From NCBI GenBank assembly GCA_965644315.1, contig CBFFRQ010000089.1, forward strand, positions 1 to 64,000: DNA of 64,000 nucleotides, written 5' to 3'. This document shows positions 51,677-64,000 of the stretch, piece after piece. A program made the position numbers and the translations under genes. Numbering within the stretch: the stretch's first letter is position 1; every line of letters starts with the position of its first letter. The notes below the pieces were generated by a model that did not search any database, was not told the DNA's origin, and saw only the letters and a list, made by a program, of their open reading frames with translations. The DNA comes from Caecitellus pseudoparvulus (lineage: Eukaryota > Protista > Bigyra: Bicosoecida).

Positions 51677-54600
51677 CTATTGGGAGGGCAGCAGCTCTTT
51701 AGACGGGCGACGGAACGCACCTTGCACAGGGGCAACACGCAGGTACGAAGGCAACAAAGGCCAGTGCAACAAAGCACCGAGGTCCTCCAGGCACGCTGAT
51801 CGAGTGCCCATGGCTGTGCCTTTTTGAAACAGCCCCTGGGTAGATGTGCGCAAGTAAGGCGCGTCCACCCACACGGGCGGGTCTCCTGTCCGCGCAGCGA
51901 TTACCATAGCCAGCCCAATGTCTTCGCACTGCATGTGCTGATCGACGTACCTGGCGACCTCTGGATGCTGCTCCCAATAGTCAAGCGCGTAGTCCAAGTG
52001 GAATACAGAGGCCCCCGACAGCACGAAGGAAAACACGCCATGCTTTGTTTGCATGCTTTTGTCGTGCACGTACTCCACCCTGCCGTCGGAGCTGTGCGCG
52101 TCAAGGCGAGCCACGAAGCCAACCTCGCGATGTGGAGTACTGCGCCATGTGTTCAACGCGCCTAGCACGGCGTCAGGGTTCCACAGCATATCATCGTCCA
52201 CCATCAAAACGCCCGAGGAGAATGTACCACTGTAGTGCTTTGGATCAAAGCGGTTGTTCAAGGAATTCCTATCTGAGACAACACTTCGAACACGGACATG
52301 TGCGGGACAATCGAATTCACTGATAGGCACTGCCTCTGCTTGGACATCATTGGAGATAACGACAACATCCGTCACACCGGGCACATTGCAGTACAGCGCC
52401 ACTGCCACGGACAAAAGTCGCAGGCGCTGGTACGTCATCACGGCAAAAGTCACACCTGTGCCTGCGAAGTCATGCACTTCGGCACCAGTGTGCGAGTTTG
52501 ACAGCTCGCGAGCCTCCTTCGTAGCATTTTGCAGACCGTGACAAACAGACCGAATGTCACTCCGACTTGCAGACAGCGCTCGGGCAGCCATGTTTCGACC
52601 CATTCCCAGCTGCTCCCCCGCAGTGGCCAGGCTGGGCGATGACACTGCCTGGACATGTTCCAGAGGGTAAAGGGACAACCCTGCTGCAGACAGCTGCTCG
52701 AGAAAGGCCGGTCGCCACACCTGAGTGCGAGTGCACTTGGGAGCTGGGGTCAAGCCTAATTGCGAGGCAGCCTTGGGCAAGACCAACACAGTCGACAGCT
52801 CGGGTGTATCGCTGGTTGCATCTCCACGTCCGCCCTTTGTAAACGTGCCCCGTGCATGTGCTCCAAGTGGCTTCAAGGACGAATCCGCCAGATGGGATGG
52901 CAACAGCGCAGTCAGCGGTAAGGAGTCCGGGCCCTGTTTGTGTGATAGTGCCACGACAACATCTTGCACACCCAGAATGTTGGCCTTGGAAAGCTCATGG
53001 AGCATATCGCTGTGTGACGCTGAGAAGCGTACTCCTGCAGGCACGACCAGCACCTGAGGAGCCTCAGACAACTCCTGTGCCAGCCCATGCAGGACAGCGG
53101 ATGGCTGGATAACAGCGTAGTCTGACCAGCTGACCGTCACACTTGCAATGTTGGCATGCTTGCGCAGTGCTGGGGAAGCGGCACGCGCATTGGCAATGCG
53201 GCGCTGCCCCCACGCGCCTTCGTCCACCATCACAACCCAAAGCATCGGGCCATCCCATTCTGCGGCCAACGCCATTACCGAGTGGGCAGCAGAGATCTTG
53301 GAGTAAACTGCGAGCTCCAAGCGCAACGGAGCGATTTTTTCTTGCCGCTCAGCAACATGGGGGTTCACTTCTAGCAACATGCTACGCCCGAGCTGCGAAA
53401 CGCGCACAACACGGCTCCCACTAGAGCCCTTCCATGCCTGAGGAGGGGCAAGCAGTGCTGTGGGTTCTCCGAGCGTTGCTCCTTTCGCAGTTTTTATGTT
53501 CGTTCGGTCGCCATTCTTGTTGATTCGGCTTTGAATAGCACCAGACTTTGGCCAGACAGGTGAGATATCACCCACTTGTACCGCGTTTTGCCCCGAGAGC
53601 CCCATCACTGTTCCCATACAGACCTTCATCATGTGTGAGGGCAGCGGAGGTTCCCGGCCATATGCAGCCACGGCGAGCGCAAGCAGCAGCTCAGAACTGG
53701 GCTCCTCGCTGAGGCCATTGTCAATGCCTGGCTCCATGTGCGACCCATGCAGCTCCTTCATGGCAGCTCCGAGGCTTCCCACCGCAGCAAGGACTGGGGA
53801 CATACGCTGCCCCCAGCGCTCCAATGCAGCCTGTGCGCTGCCACCTGCCGGCTGCCGTGCATGGCGCTCCGCTGCTTGCTTCAGTACGTGGGTCCGGCAG
53901 CCGTAGCTTGGGGCGAACCTCCCATATGGCCAAGGGGAACTCGCCGGCACCAGCTCCGCTGTGCTACCAGGCGCAACCCAACAAGACAATGCCTGCAGCG
54001 GTGTTACACCTGTCCACGGCCACCCACCATCCGCCTGCCCTGCCAGGTGCGCTGGCAGCCACTGCCATGACGGCGCACTTCGTGTGGCCCACAGCAGCAC
54101 CCGTGCCAGCCACACGCCCTCCACGCAGGCATGGCGGGAGGCCCACTGAGAGCCCTGCACATCTTCACACTCGCTGAACTGCGAGCTCCCATCTCTTGCG
54201 GGGGCCTGGTACACAGTCACTCTGCTGGTGCATCGCTCCATTTCCGCAACCTCATCTGCACTCAATGACGTCCCAGCGCCCAGCACCAGGGCCAAGCTAA
54301 CTCGAGTATCAGCAGCCCCACTACTGCACCATGCACTGGGCCACTTTGTGCCACTGGACGGCAGCACATGGAGCAGGACCAGTCCCCCCTCCATGGCTTG
54401 TGAAGCGTTATGGTGCCACGCTGCAGGCACCAGGCCTTGTGCCAGAGACGCCCACGCAGCTGGCAGGGGTGGGAGCTCTTTGTCCTGCAGTCGTGCGGTA
54501 TCAGATTGCCTTAAGGGTAGCTTCCCTTGTACTCGCAGGCTGGTGACACCAATGTCATGTGGCAGGCCACCAGACAAAGAGGGAAGCCACTGGAAAAGGA

Positions 54601-54868
54601 CGATTTGCAGCGTGACTAGAAGAGCCACAACTAGCCAGCATGAACCAGCTCGGGGAAAACGGCAAACTTCAATACTCCCACATAGGTTCCATGCGTTGCG
54701 AGAACCTCGATGGGCCGTCAGTGGCATATTGGGGTTGGTCGGCGTCGCTGGCAGCGCTCGACTGAAACGCTTGAAACGCTCGTGCACAAGGAGATACTCA
54801 CCACACTCTGCTACATGCCTTGCAGGGCGCCAGCATGCGACCCACAAGGCCTGGTCTTGTGCCACCAC
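51677..54868 (-). CDS. Glycosyltransferase with C-terminal GT64 (EXTL2-like) domain and degenerate GT49-like middle domain
   Basis: TM anchor WLVVALLVTLQIVLF (likely ATG 54727). NSLNNRF, VLMVDDD, VGFVAR, SFVLSGASVFH, CEDIGLAM and RSACL. Confidence 0.85.
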   Translation of the reverse strand: MVAQDQALWVACWRPARHVAECGEYLLVHERFKRFSRALPATPTNPNMPLTAHRGSRNAWNLCGSIEVCRFPRAGSCWLVVALLVTLQIVLFQWLPSLSGGLPHDIGVTSLRVQGKLPLRQSDTARLQDKELPPLPAAWASLAQGLVPAAWHHNASQAMEGGLVLLHVLPSSGTKWPSAWCSSGAADTRVSLALVLGAGTSLSADEVAEMERCTSRVTVYQAPARDGSSQFSECEDVQGSQWASRHACVEGVWLARVLLWATRSAPSWQWLPAHLAGQADGGWPWTGVTPLQALSCWVAPGSTAELVPASSPWPYGRFAPSYGCRTHVLKQAAERHARQPAGGSAQAALERWGQRMSPVLAAVGSLGAAMKELHGSHMEPGIDNGLSEEPSSELLLALAVAAYGREPPLPSHMMKVCMGTVMGLSGQNAVQVGDISPVWPKSGAIQSRINKNGDRTNIKTAKGATLGEPTALLAPPQAWKGSSGSRVVRVSQLGRSMLLEVNPHVAERQEKIAPLRLELAVYSKISAAHSVMALAAEWDGPMLWVVMVDEGAWGQRRIANARAASPALRKHANIASVTVSWSDYAVIQPSAVLHGLAQELSEAPQVLVVPAGVRFSASHSDMLHELSKANILGVQDVVVALSHKQGPDSLPLTALLPSHLADSSLKPLGAHARGTFTKGGRGDATSDTPELSTVLVLPKAASQLGLTPAPKCTRTQVWRPAFLEQLSAAGLSLYPLEHVQAVSSPSLATAGEQLGMGRNMAARALSASRSDIRSVCHGLQNATKEARELSNSHTGAEVHDFAGTGVTFAVMTYQRLRLLSVAVALYCNVPGVTDVVVISNDVQAEAVPISEFDCPAHVRVRSVVSDRNSLNNRFDPKHYSGTFSSGVLMVDDDMLWNPDAVLGALNTWRSTPHREVGFVARLDAHSSDGRVEYVHDKSMQTKHGVFSFVLSGASVFHLDYALDYWEQHPEVARYVDQHMQCEDIGLAMVIAARTGDPPVWVDAPYLRTSTQGLFQKGTAMGTRSACLEDLGALLHWPLLPSYLRVAPVQGAFRRPSKELLPSQ

Positions 54869-56070
54869 TGGATGTGGATGCCATTAACATGTAGTGCGTA
54901 GTTTGTTCAAATTAGACTGGTGTTTTTGCGAAGGCTGTCCTTTCACTGGCGCACACCCGTGGATGCTCCAGCTTCAGGCTGGCACACATTTCAAGTTCGG
55001 CAACTATTTGGTGTTTAGCTCAATCCGCTTGACGGCACTCGGCTCCCCATAGCAAACGGAGGCACCTTCAAAGCAAGGCCAGCTTGGGTTTGTCTTCGCT
55101 TGACCCAGCAGAGAGGGGGGGTTGTGGCGTCGCTGGTGAACTGGGCAGCTGGTTTGCAGGTCACACAAACTGAGCCAGGTGTCACAACCTCTGAGCATTT
55201 TCCGAGAAAGTGCGCTCAAGGCGACCGCTGCTTCAACGTTTGGTCAGAGAAGCTCTCTACACAGCACTTTGTCGGTCAGGCACGGCGAGGTCAAACAAAC
55301 TTGGTGCAGTGCAAGTATGGAAGTGCTAGACCCACACGTGCTGAGGCCCCTGCACATTCTTCACCTTCATTCAGCGAGTTGTGCGTCCACAATGGCTGGA
55401 GCGTGTGCATGGGAATACGCTGGAAATGGGCAAAATTGGTGCGGTGCCCAATGATCATGTGCGCGAATGAGGCACATTACAGTGGTTCGTGCGAACCTCA
55501 GACGCCAGTCCAGGGGCGCGCAAGGGGCCTTACAGAGCCAGTAGCCTCGCTGCGTTTCAAGTGTGTTGAGTGCTGGTCGCGGTGACCTGCACCATCGCTG
55601 TAATCCACCATGGGCAAGTCCGAATCGAACAACCTGGGTTCTAGGCTTGGAGACTGCGACAAGGTGCTCCACCGGTTTTGCAACGCTCCATGGAGATAAT
55701 GCCCCAACAGGAGACGAAATTTCCAAAAATTTGTGCTGCATACAATCCTAATAGATTTATGGAAGTGTTCCTGTCCAAAGCGTGCCCGTGGGTTGCCTCT
55801 CTCCCGCCAGAGAGCGCTGCACAGTGCGGGTGTGGCGTTTCGGTTTGCTTCACCACGCCAATCCACGAGGCCTGCGATATCTCTGCATTCGGCTGCACTC
55901 TACCGGCTCTGAACAGTTGAGAGGTCCGTTACATGAAGGTAGTCTGATGAAACGTTGAATTATTCTGCAAGTCTCTTATACCACGCGTCTAGCCTCGTGG
56001 TCGTGGCTGGTCTGTGTGTCGATGAAACTCCCTTCACCCAGCCGGAGAGCCGGTGGCCCTGCTCCAGCCC

Positions 56071-59000
56071 TCAGCATCGCGCACGCTTGGCACTCGGCGA
56101 ACTGAGACCATGGTGCCTTGTTCGTTTTCTCCGCTGGGCAAACTGCTCTTCTTCTCGCTGCACCTTGCTGGCCACTCGCTCGACCTGGCCGACAGCGGCG
56201 TGAGCGGCTGAGGCGATGCGGGACGCTGCTGTGTTGGGGCTGTACTTGGCAGTCTTGGCCTCTTGCGTCTTCCTCTCCTCCCTGAGCAGTCGGCGAATAT
56301 CTTCTTCAACCTCTGGCGTGACAGACGAGGTGGCCTTGTTGCACAGGGGCAGGCCGGAGGCCCTGGCTTCATCAAACGTGGGAGGGGCCGATGCATCCGG
56401 GCAGCTCTGCAAGGCTGCTGTCATGGTACCTCGAGCAAAGCCACCTACATCACCAGTCAGTACAGAGCAAAACTTCAGAGTGTCTGCAACGTCTTGAGAC
56501 TTGCTGCGTGTCTCTTCTTGTCGGCATTTATCGCTCGCACACTTGGACAGCAGCTTGGCAGCAGTGGCCTTGTTCTTCTCCAGCCAGTACAGCGTGAGGT
56601 TCATTTCGGCAACATCCAGGCGAGTGGATGTGCCCGCTGACACCATGTGCCGCATGCCTGAGTGCAGGCTCTCATTGCCCCGGTGGTGGTGGCGCCGTGC
56701 ACCGCGTCACGCCCATCCAGCAAGCCTTGGAGCCCCACGTCGTTCTGCAATGACGCCTTGACCCGAGCGCGAGTGGCGGGGAAGGAGGACTTGGGGTCCA
56801 GGATGCCGCGTGTGGTGCGGCCTCGCACGGCAGTGCCTGCGCCACCCCGCGACTGAGACGCCCACACCTGGCGAAACAGGCTTACAGCCCGCTCCAGTGC
56901 CGCCGAGGCCTGCTTGTGAGTGCAGGGCCCAATGTGAAGGGGAAGGATGGGCACCCCGCTCGGGTGCAGCCCAGCTTGAGTTGGCGTGAAGTGATCTCCT
57001 TGGCACCGACGGAGCAGCATGCCAGCTGAAGTGGCACATGCAGCAGCCAGAGCGAGGGGGGCGTGCTCGCGAAGCTTTGCGGCAGCCCCAACTGCACACC
57101 CTGGCCCATACAGGGCCCACCCATAGGCTGTGAGGAATTCTTGGACTTGTGTCTTTTGGGAGTCTGACAGGGACTTGCGTTGCAAGATGCGGCGGGCGCA
57201 GTCGATGAAGGCCTGGATATCGGCTGGCTCAGCCAAGTCCAAGGCGGCTCGTTGGCGAGCAACAGCATCCCCTGGAAGGAGCAATTGGGAGACACCACGC
57301 CCAATGCAGGCGTCCGGGTCCACTCCACTGTGTCAAACCACAGCTTGATCATGAGTGGGCCCCCCTTGTGCATGGCTTGCTTGGGAGTGGCCCTGGCCAC
57401 GCGACTGGCAAAGTGTCACGGGTCCACTGCCGACCGCACCACACCTTTCCGCAGCAGCAGGAAGTGCACGTCGATGATTGCCTGGCCTTGAGGTTGGCCA
57501 CTGTGATGACGCTGGGGTGGGACGCTGCCGGGCCGCGCTCCCGCAGGTGTCCCTTCAGCCTGTGCAGCACGGAGTCCAGGACCTGGGCCAAGTTTGCCGC
57601 GCTCTCGTAGCCCGTGAACATGAGGGGCTGCAGGGTGAAGCCGTACCGGCCCACCACTGTGGCAGTGCTGGGAGCTACTCGCCACCGGGTCTTGCCTGTG
57701 GCCCGCGCGTGGCCTGGCCTTCGCTGCCCGCACAGGCTCCATCCTCTGAGCCCTCGTCGCTGTCGCTGTCGCTGTTTTCTTCCGCATCCGGCTCATCTCC
57801 AGGCTCTTCCTCGCCCGGCTTGTGCTGTGGGCTCTCTGGTGCAGCTGGGGCCCTGGGCAGGGGCTTTGGGCCCGCGACGTGCACCCGGGTCGAAGATGCA
57901 AAGGTCCACTCCACGCTGGCGGTGCCAGCGAAGCGTGAGAGGGCCTGCAGGTACCCCTCCACATGCGGCTTGACAGCGGCATGGTAGATGTGCAGGATGG
58001 CGCCCCGTAGGACCATGACACATGTGCTGGATCATACCTTGCCTAAGACGTGCTTCCTGGCTCCGCGCACGGCTTGGGCCAGTGCCTGTTGCACTTCAGG
58101 GCATTCACCGAGAGAGGCGTGCTTTCTGAACAGCGTCTCTTTCCAGGAGTCCGCCTTGTGTTCAACGGGCCGCATGAGGTCTCGCCAGAAGGCTTTTTGC
58201 ACCTTGACCATGCCTTCGCGGCGATGGTCGACGTAGTTCTCCCACAGGCTCGTAGCAGCAGCTTTGTCCACGAGAATTGTGCTGGCGATTTTGCATGGTA
58301 TGGAGAGGACCGGTCTGCGGTCCTTCATCCCTGGGGGGTCGATCCATCTGGCAGCAAGTTTGGGTACAGCTGGTGCTTGACCCTCCATAAAGGATTGCCA
58401 CCCAATCGTGTCAGCAAATTGGTGGCTTCTGCGTAGCAACAACACCTTTTCTACAGGCTGAACTCCCCTGAAGCTGGTGAACAGACACTGCCTCGCGCGG
58501 TGGGCGCCATTGGTCATGCACGTGCATGTGCCGTGGCAGCTGCCTGCCTTGGGACAGGTGCCCCATGGCAGCTGCTGCCACACATCAGTCCAGCCCTTGC
58601 TGGCCGCGGATAGAACTGTGAGTTCGGTGCGCATGGAGGGGTGCGCCATGCTTCCCTTCAGGTCCGCTTCCATTTGGTCCAGGTCCGCTTGGACCTCTGC
58701 GGGGATGGGTCGGTCACCCACCTGGGCCGCCCTGCCAGCTTGTGCGGTCACTGCGACTTCGAGGTGCAACCGTCTTGCGGCTGCCACTGCTTAGCATGCT
58801 TCACTGGCTGGCAGGCTGTGGCCGTCTGGGCTCCGCGGCACAGTCCTGCTGGGGCAGGGACCAGAAGGGCGAGGTAGGAAGGATGACTGCTCGCCACAGG
58901 CCGGGTGGGTGGCAGCGAGGCCCACTGGCTGGACGACCAGGGTGACGGGCTGCTTGCGGGTGGGGATGCAGTGCCCGTACAGTGAGCCTGCCAGGGCAGC

Positions 59001-59896
59001 GTTCGCAGCAGGCTGCACAGCCCAGGAGTTTCTTGTGACGGCGTGTGTCGTGCCTGCCAGGGTGCTTGCCTTGCCCTCCATGTTCTCGCACGGCTCAACG
59101 TACCTGTGCAGCATGTTGCCTTGTTTCTCAGTCGCTTCCCCTTTCATTGCGGCGCCCATGGAGCCTTCCCCATCTCGCAGCGCCGACGCGACGCCCAGCT
59201 CAGCAGAGTTGTCAGGGAAGGCCATCAGCACCCCTCATCCATGCTGAGGCCGCAGCCTAGCCAGGCTCAGCGCTGCACAGGCGGCCATGACGGTCACCCC
59301 AGGCAGTCACAGAGTCACAGGCTGCGCAGGAGACGCCATGAGCATGCCCAGCACTGAACCCACCGAGCCAGCCAAGGCAGCCGCGCTAGGAGGCAAGATC
59401 ATGTCCGAGGGGGCCTGAAGGAGGCAATCAGGAGCCACGTCGTCCTTGGTGTACTGCTGGATGAACTCGTCGCCGACAGGGGCGGCGTCCAGCAGCAGCC
59501 GGCTAGCTGTAGCTGCACCGGCCCGCACCATGTCTCGGGCGCTGTCGAAGGCTTGGGTGAACCAGGTGGTGCTGTGGCCATCTGACAGGCTTCGACCGCA
59601 GAGTTGTTCAGCCATGTCTGCGATGGCCCGCGGAGACAGCGTCCACTCGGAGCTGGGGCTCGGGGGATCCATGGCTGGGCTGCCAACGCCTCCAGAGCCA
59701 GAGCCAGTGCCTGCGTGGAGGCAGCACCACTGCCATGGCGCTGTGGCGTGGCGAGCAAGGCGCTTTGACACGCATATAGATCGGCAATCACGACTTCTGG
59801 CGGAGCATCAGACATTTCCACCACTACATGGTGCGGGGCGGCCGATTCTGCGCCGCGGGGAGGCTCAATGTGCTGGCTATGCAATATGACACGCAC
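56071..59896 (-). pseudogene. Chain of co-oriented ORF fragments: degenerate gene or transposable-element relic
   Basis: Eight abutting minus-strand ORFs. 59307-59771, 58791-59231 and 58032-58787 share one frame separated only by stops. Part is homologous to 14.7-15.5 kb. Confidence 0.5.
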
Positions 59897-61290
59897 CTGC
59901 CCCCAGCTTCATGGCCCGCGCCTGTCCATATCGATGCTTGGAGAAGCTATTGGAGCCTTCCTTCGCCAGTGACGCCCTGTTCGCGAACAGTGGTGCTGCG
60001 TCCTGGACGTGATGACTGCCCCACATCAATGTGGGGCAGCCCTCGCGAGACTCGCAGCCCTTCAGCCTGCTCCTGCCTCCGGCCGCACATCGCACGCAGT
60101 GAGAGGCATCAGAGGATGAAACTTTAATCACGAACGGCTCTGGTTCCGAATCCTGTGGCGGAGACTGCGCTGGAAGGGGCGTGGGCGACGCCGCCAAACT
60201 GGGCTGAGCCATGCCAAAAACCCGCCTGTTGGGCTTCTGGCAGCCCAAACAATCAATCCATGTCTGCAAATATCCTCCACGGGACACCAAAATTGTGCCC
60301 TGTCAGCGAGAATACTGGGGGTGGCGCGAGTATGTTTTGCCCACTGCCAGTGTGTTGCCATCCATGGCAGGGATCCGGGAAGTCGAGACTGGCACCTGCC
60401 TCCAAGTTCGATACAACAACAAATCGAGAGCTGCTTGGTTGAACGAAATCAGAGCAAGTTTCCACTCGTAGACCAGATTTGCCTGGTGCAGGGCTGGTGA
60501 CTTAAACGAATTCTGTTGCATTTTACACAATGAACCTTCAACCGCTGGAAGGGAGCATGACTGAAATGAAATGCAATTACCATCAGTGCTTGTGTCAAAG
60601 ATACGTCTTTACATTGTTTCAAAGTCAGTTCTCAGCTGCTGAAGAACTGGAGGCTTTTGCCGGGCCTATGCGGCAAATGTTGCTCCCGAATTCTGGGAGT
60701 GCCTTGGATGGCAAAAGTGTCTACTGGCCCCACGAGGTGGTCGCTGCACCTCCCGGATGGACGCAAGTCATGAAAACGTGCATCCGATACTGTGGGGTCG
60801 CGTTTAATCATATCGTAGAAGCTCAACTTGAGAGCGCAGGTGTGGAACGCGCGCAGCCTGCCGCCCGGACCATGCCGGCCTACCTCGCTCCTGGGCCATG
60901 CCGGACCGGAGGAGGAGCAAGAAAGTGAGTGATGAAAGCGTGCATTGGGTTGATAGTGCATTCTAAGATGGCATTGTGAAACTTCCGGTGTCGTAACGCG
61001 CAGCGGGTCGTTTGGGTCGCCGGGTGGCGCGGTGTGCGCGGAGTCACTGCGACGCCTGCCCACCACCACGAGAAGCCCGAACCCGAACCCAACTCGCCCA
61101 ACAAGCGCCGAACCCCTGATTCACGACAACTTTCACTGAACTAACACGTTCTCGATGGAACATGCTCATTTCACATGGTGACTTACCATGCTTTGTGCAA
61201 GATATCTGCGCTGAGCAAGCGTGCGCTTCTCTTTCAGGAGCAAGTGTGAGGTGAGTGTGGTGAAAGCAAGAGGCGACAATGCATTTCCTT

Positions 61291-63166
61291 CTAGGAGGGG
61301 AGGAGGATGTCTTCGACAATGTGGTCACACAGCAAAGGCCCGAACTGAGCCCGGCGCATGTCAAGCACATTGCCAGAGAACGTGCTGTACGGCGTTACCC
61401 TGACACACGACGTCAGGGTGAGCACCGCCTTGTCCAACCAGCCCAGCATTCTGCCCGTGGCCTTGCCCCCTGGCGCCCACGAGTGCCACACTGCGCACGT
61501 ATCAGGCAGCATGTAGTCGTGCACGTGCTCCTGAGCGGGGTCCTGCACCCGCACGAACGGCGGCAAGGTGTCGGGCGGAGTGCCCGCCCCCTTGCACATC
61601 TGGGTCAGCGTGGTCATGAGGTCGTCCAGCGTGAGGATGCGGTGCACCTGCAGGCCAAGCAGGCTGGAGGGCGCGGGGGATGTCGTGGCGTTGGCGGGAG
61701 CAGCAGCACTCCGTGCACGAGCCGAGCGGGACTGACCAGCCAGCACAGGGAGCACGGCCATGGGACGGCCTGGTGTGCCCGCTGCTGCATCGGTGGGCGA
61801 CAGTGCGGGTGCGAAGGGCGGCAGCGGCACTTCCTTGTGCAGGAGGGCCAGGATGGGCTTGGGGTCATTGCTGGCGATGTAGATGTTGTGCATGTCGAAG
61901 CGGGCCAAGGCATCTGCGGCGCCCGCCACATACTGCTCGTCGCTGATGAAACAATGGTCTTGTTTCGCACAAGTAGCTGCCCAATCACCCCGTCTGACGT
62001 GCACTCCGACAACGCTTGCGGCGGGTCCGTACGCTGCGGCGAGCATCCAGGCGGCGACAGCGTGCAAGGGGTGCGATAAGATCATCGAGTGGCCCGTTCT
62101 TTCATGCAATCCAACGTAAAAAATGTGCTTTCGAGGTACAAACACAAGCTGATGCTGGTGGGTCCTTTCAGCTTCTTCACGTGCTTGGAGCCAGCCCTTG
62201 TCGTCCTTGCGCCAGCCTGCGGGCCAGGCAGCCACCGGGAGCGAAGCAGGACCCACGTGCGCAGACTCTTCAGATCGCCAGGCCACACTACAACCTTCAT
62301 CTGTGGTATCATGCGGGACCCATCCTGCGCTGGAGCTGTCTTGGTACAGCTCCCCGTCCAACTTGCCCGATCCTCCAGACCAGTGGACCACAGCGTCGAT
62401 GCCTTGCAGTGCGCTCGTACCAGAGGCCCCTCCACCCATTTTCGACAGGGCCAGGGATGCCCAGCATGTTGTTAGTTCAGCTGCAACGTGAGCAGCTTGT
62501 GGCGCCCATCGCTTCGCCATGTGAGTTGGCAAGCCGCTCAAGCAGCCTGGCAGCACCACTATGGCATCCAAGCTCAGCCCTGTCACCATCAAACCTTTGA
62601 TAGAAAGTTCCATGTTTGACGCCCTGCCGTATTTAGTTCGTGGATCCAGTGCCAGCAGCAAGTTTGGAGGCTGCCGACCGTCAGAGCAAAATGCGTGGCG
62701 CAATGCTGGCTCTGAGAGGTTCACACGCTTGACATCCTCGAACACAGGCGAGGGGGATGGCAGAGGGGTCGATGAGTGGGAGGCAGCAGAGGTGCTTGGG
62801 GCGATTGATGATGAAGCTGATGCTCCGAATGAGGGGGAAGCGTTTGGGGTCGGCACCTCGCGTCGATTGCGGCCTGGACTGCTCCCGTCTGCCGCTCCTG
62901 CACCATCGCCCCCGAGTGCAGTGGAGTTGTGCTCGGAGTCATCTGATCGCAAGGAGGAAGTTGAGCTCCCTTTACCTGCTTGGCTCGGAATCCCAAGGGC
63001 CAGATCTGCAGAAAGCAAGGTTGCGTTGTGCAGCGTTTCGTGGAAGTGCCGACACCAGACCTGCTCTCTCACAAGCAACCACCGACACTAGCAGCAAGGC
63101 GACGGGAGAAAATCGATGGCATGTAGATAGTTCTTCTTCCTGGCGATCGCTAGCACTGCCTGCCAT
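61291..63166 (-). CDS. O-fucosyltransferase-like protein (GT-B; GT23/GT65/GT68-type); exons 63166-63073 and 63005-61291
   Basis: GVHVRRGDW, IYIASND and LDKAVL...PYSTFS motifs. The intron GTGAGA..CAG (63072-63006) creates a TM anchor, VALLLVSVVAYLALG. Confidence 0.78.
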
Positions 63167-64000
63167 GGTACTTGATCAGCTGCCGAGCGCGCCTTTGGGA
63201 GTGGAAGTGTGGCCTTGACGCCAACTCGCTCCTGCATCCAGTGGCATGCTGTAAACACTTAGGGCGATCAGCTCTCACTTGTGTCTGAGCGTTTCGTGGA
63301 GATGTGGTTTATTTTGTGTTGCGGAAGTCTCTCAATGCTGCTGGCGTGCTTGAGCATTGCCATTCTTTCTCTCTCCTGCACCAGCCACAATGCTGCTTTT
63401 GTCACAGCTTACGGAGGCCACACCAGGCCCTGGCGTTCGCCTCACACCAGGGGGCTCAGGGGTGTCCGGAAAGCTATTTCCGCACCTTTTTGCTGAGATG
63501 CCGGACACCCCAACCTGAGGGGGGGTGCCCCCTGTGGACCCCCCCTCCCTCGTCGCCCGTGTCCAAGGCGCTGGGAGACGCTCATCCTCCATCTGCCTGC
63601 CAGCGCTGGTTCCCGAGCAGGGCCAAGTGCCACTTTGCCGTCAGTACACCAGACCACATGAACGATTTAGTTGTGGGGCTTGATATTTACGCCCCTAGGC
63701 TCCTGAACACAACCAGACTCGTTTGCAACGGAGGTGCTGTCAGCCGGGGTTTCGGTCACGTTTCACTTTCGCTGCATGATGGCAGAGGGCGCGGCAGAGT
63801 CTGAGAAGGCTGTGACTGTCACTAAGCTCCCTCAAATTCTTAATTTCTCACATAGGTGCAAGGCCCTGCCCACTATGGCTGTCTCTTGCGAGTGCTTTGC
63901 AGTCAGGACGCATGCCGTCACTTCTGCGAGACGAAGACCGTGAACCAGGGGGAGGCTGCAGTTCAGAACTGGAAGGCTGTGTGCCAAGATCCGCGTATTG

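Noticed and set aside
54900-56000. Short ORFs at 55-56 kb (and similarly at 60-61.2 kb and 63.2-64 kb)
   Set aside because: No motifs and no consistent strand or coding bias that I can support.

Overview
This is the left end of a compact, GC-rich eukaryotic chromosome, probably from a protist; SAR affinity is inferred from the genes. It begins with about 5.74 kb of apparently perfect (TAACCC)n telomere. Next comes a head-to-tail array (5741-12262) of co-oriented retroelement-like units that share a conserved 3' end finishing in GCTAACC, with short telomeric tracts at two of the junctions. One unit encodes an RT-less 748-aa ORF1-like protein, one is the 5'-truncated C-terminal part of a non-LTR ORF2 with a CCHC knuckle, and the rest are 3'-UTR-only fragments. 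This candidate telomere-primed retrotransposon system is the most interesting object in the window. A pseudogene zone follows (12.4-18.3 kb), then densely packed genes: a hybrid GAF histidine kinase, six predicted glycosyltransferases (2x GT92-like, 2x GT64-containing, STELLO-like, O-fucosyltransferase-like), and Sfi1-like, Sam50, LMBR1-like, apicomplexan-type MORN1, bromodomain and Sec62 genes. A second degenerate-ORF zone (56-60 kb) is homologous to 14.7-15.5 kb. All family calls rest on motif recognition by eye; no database searches were run.
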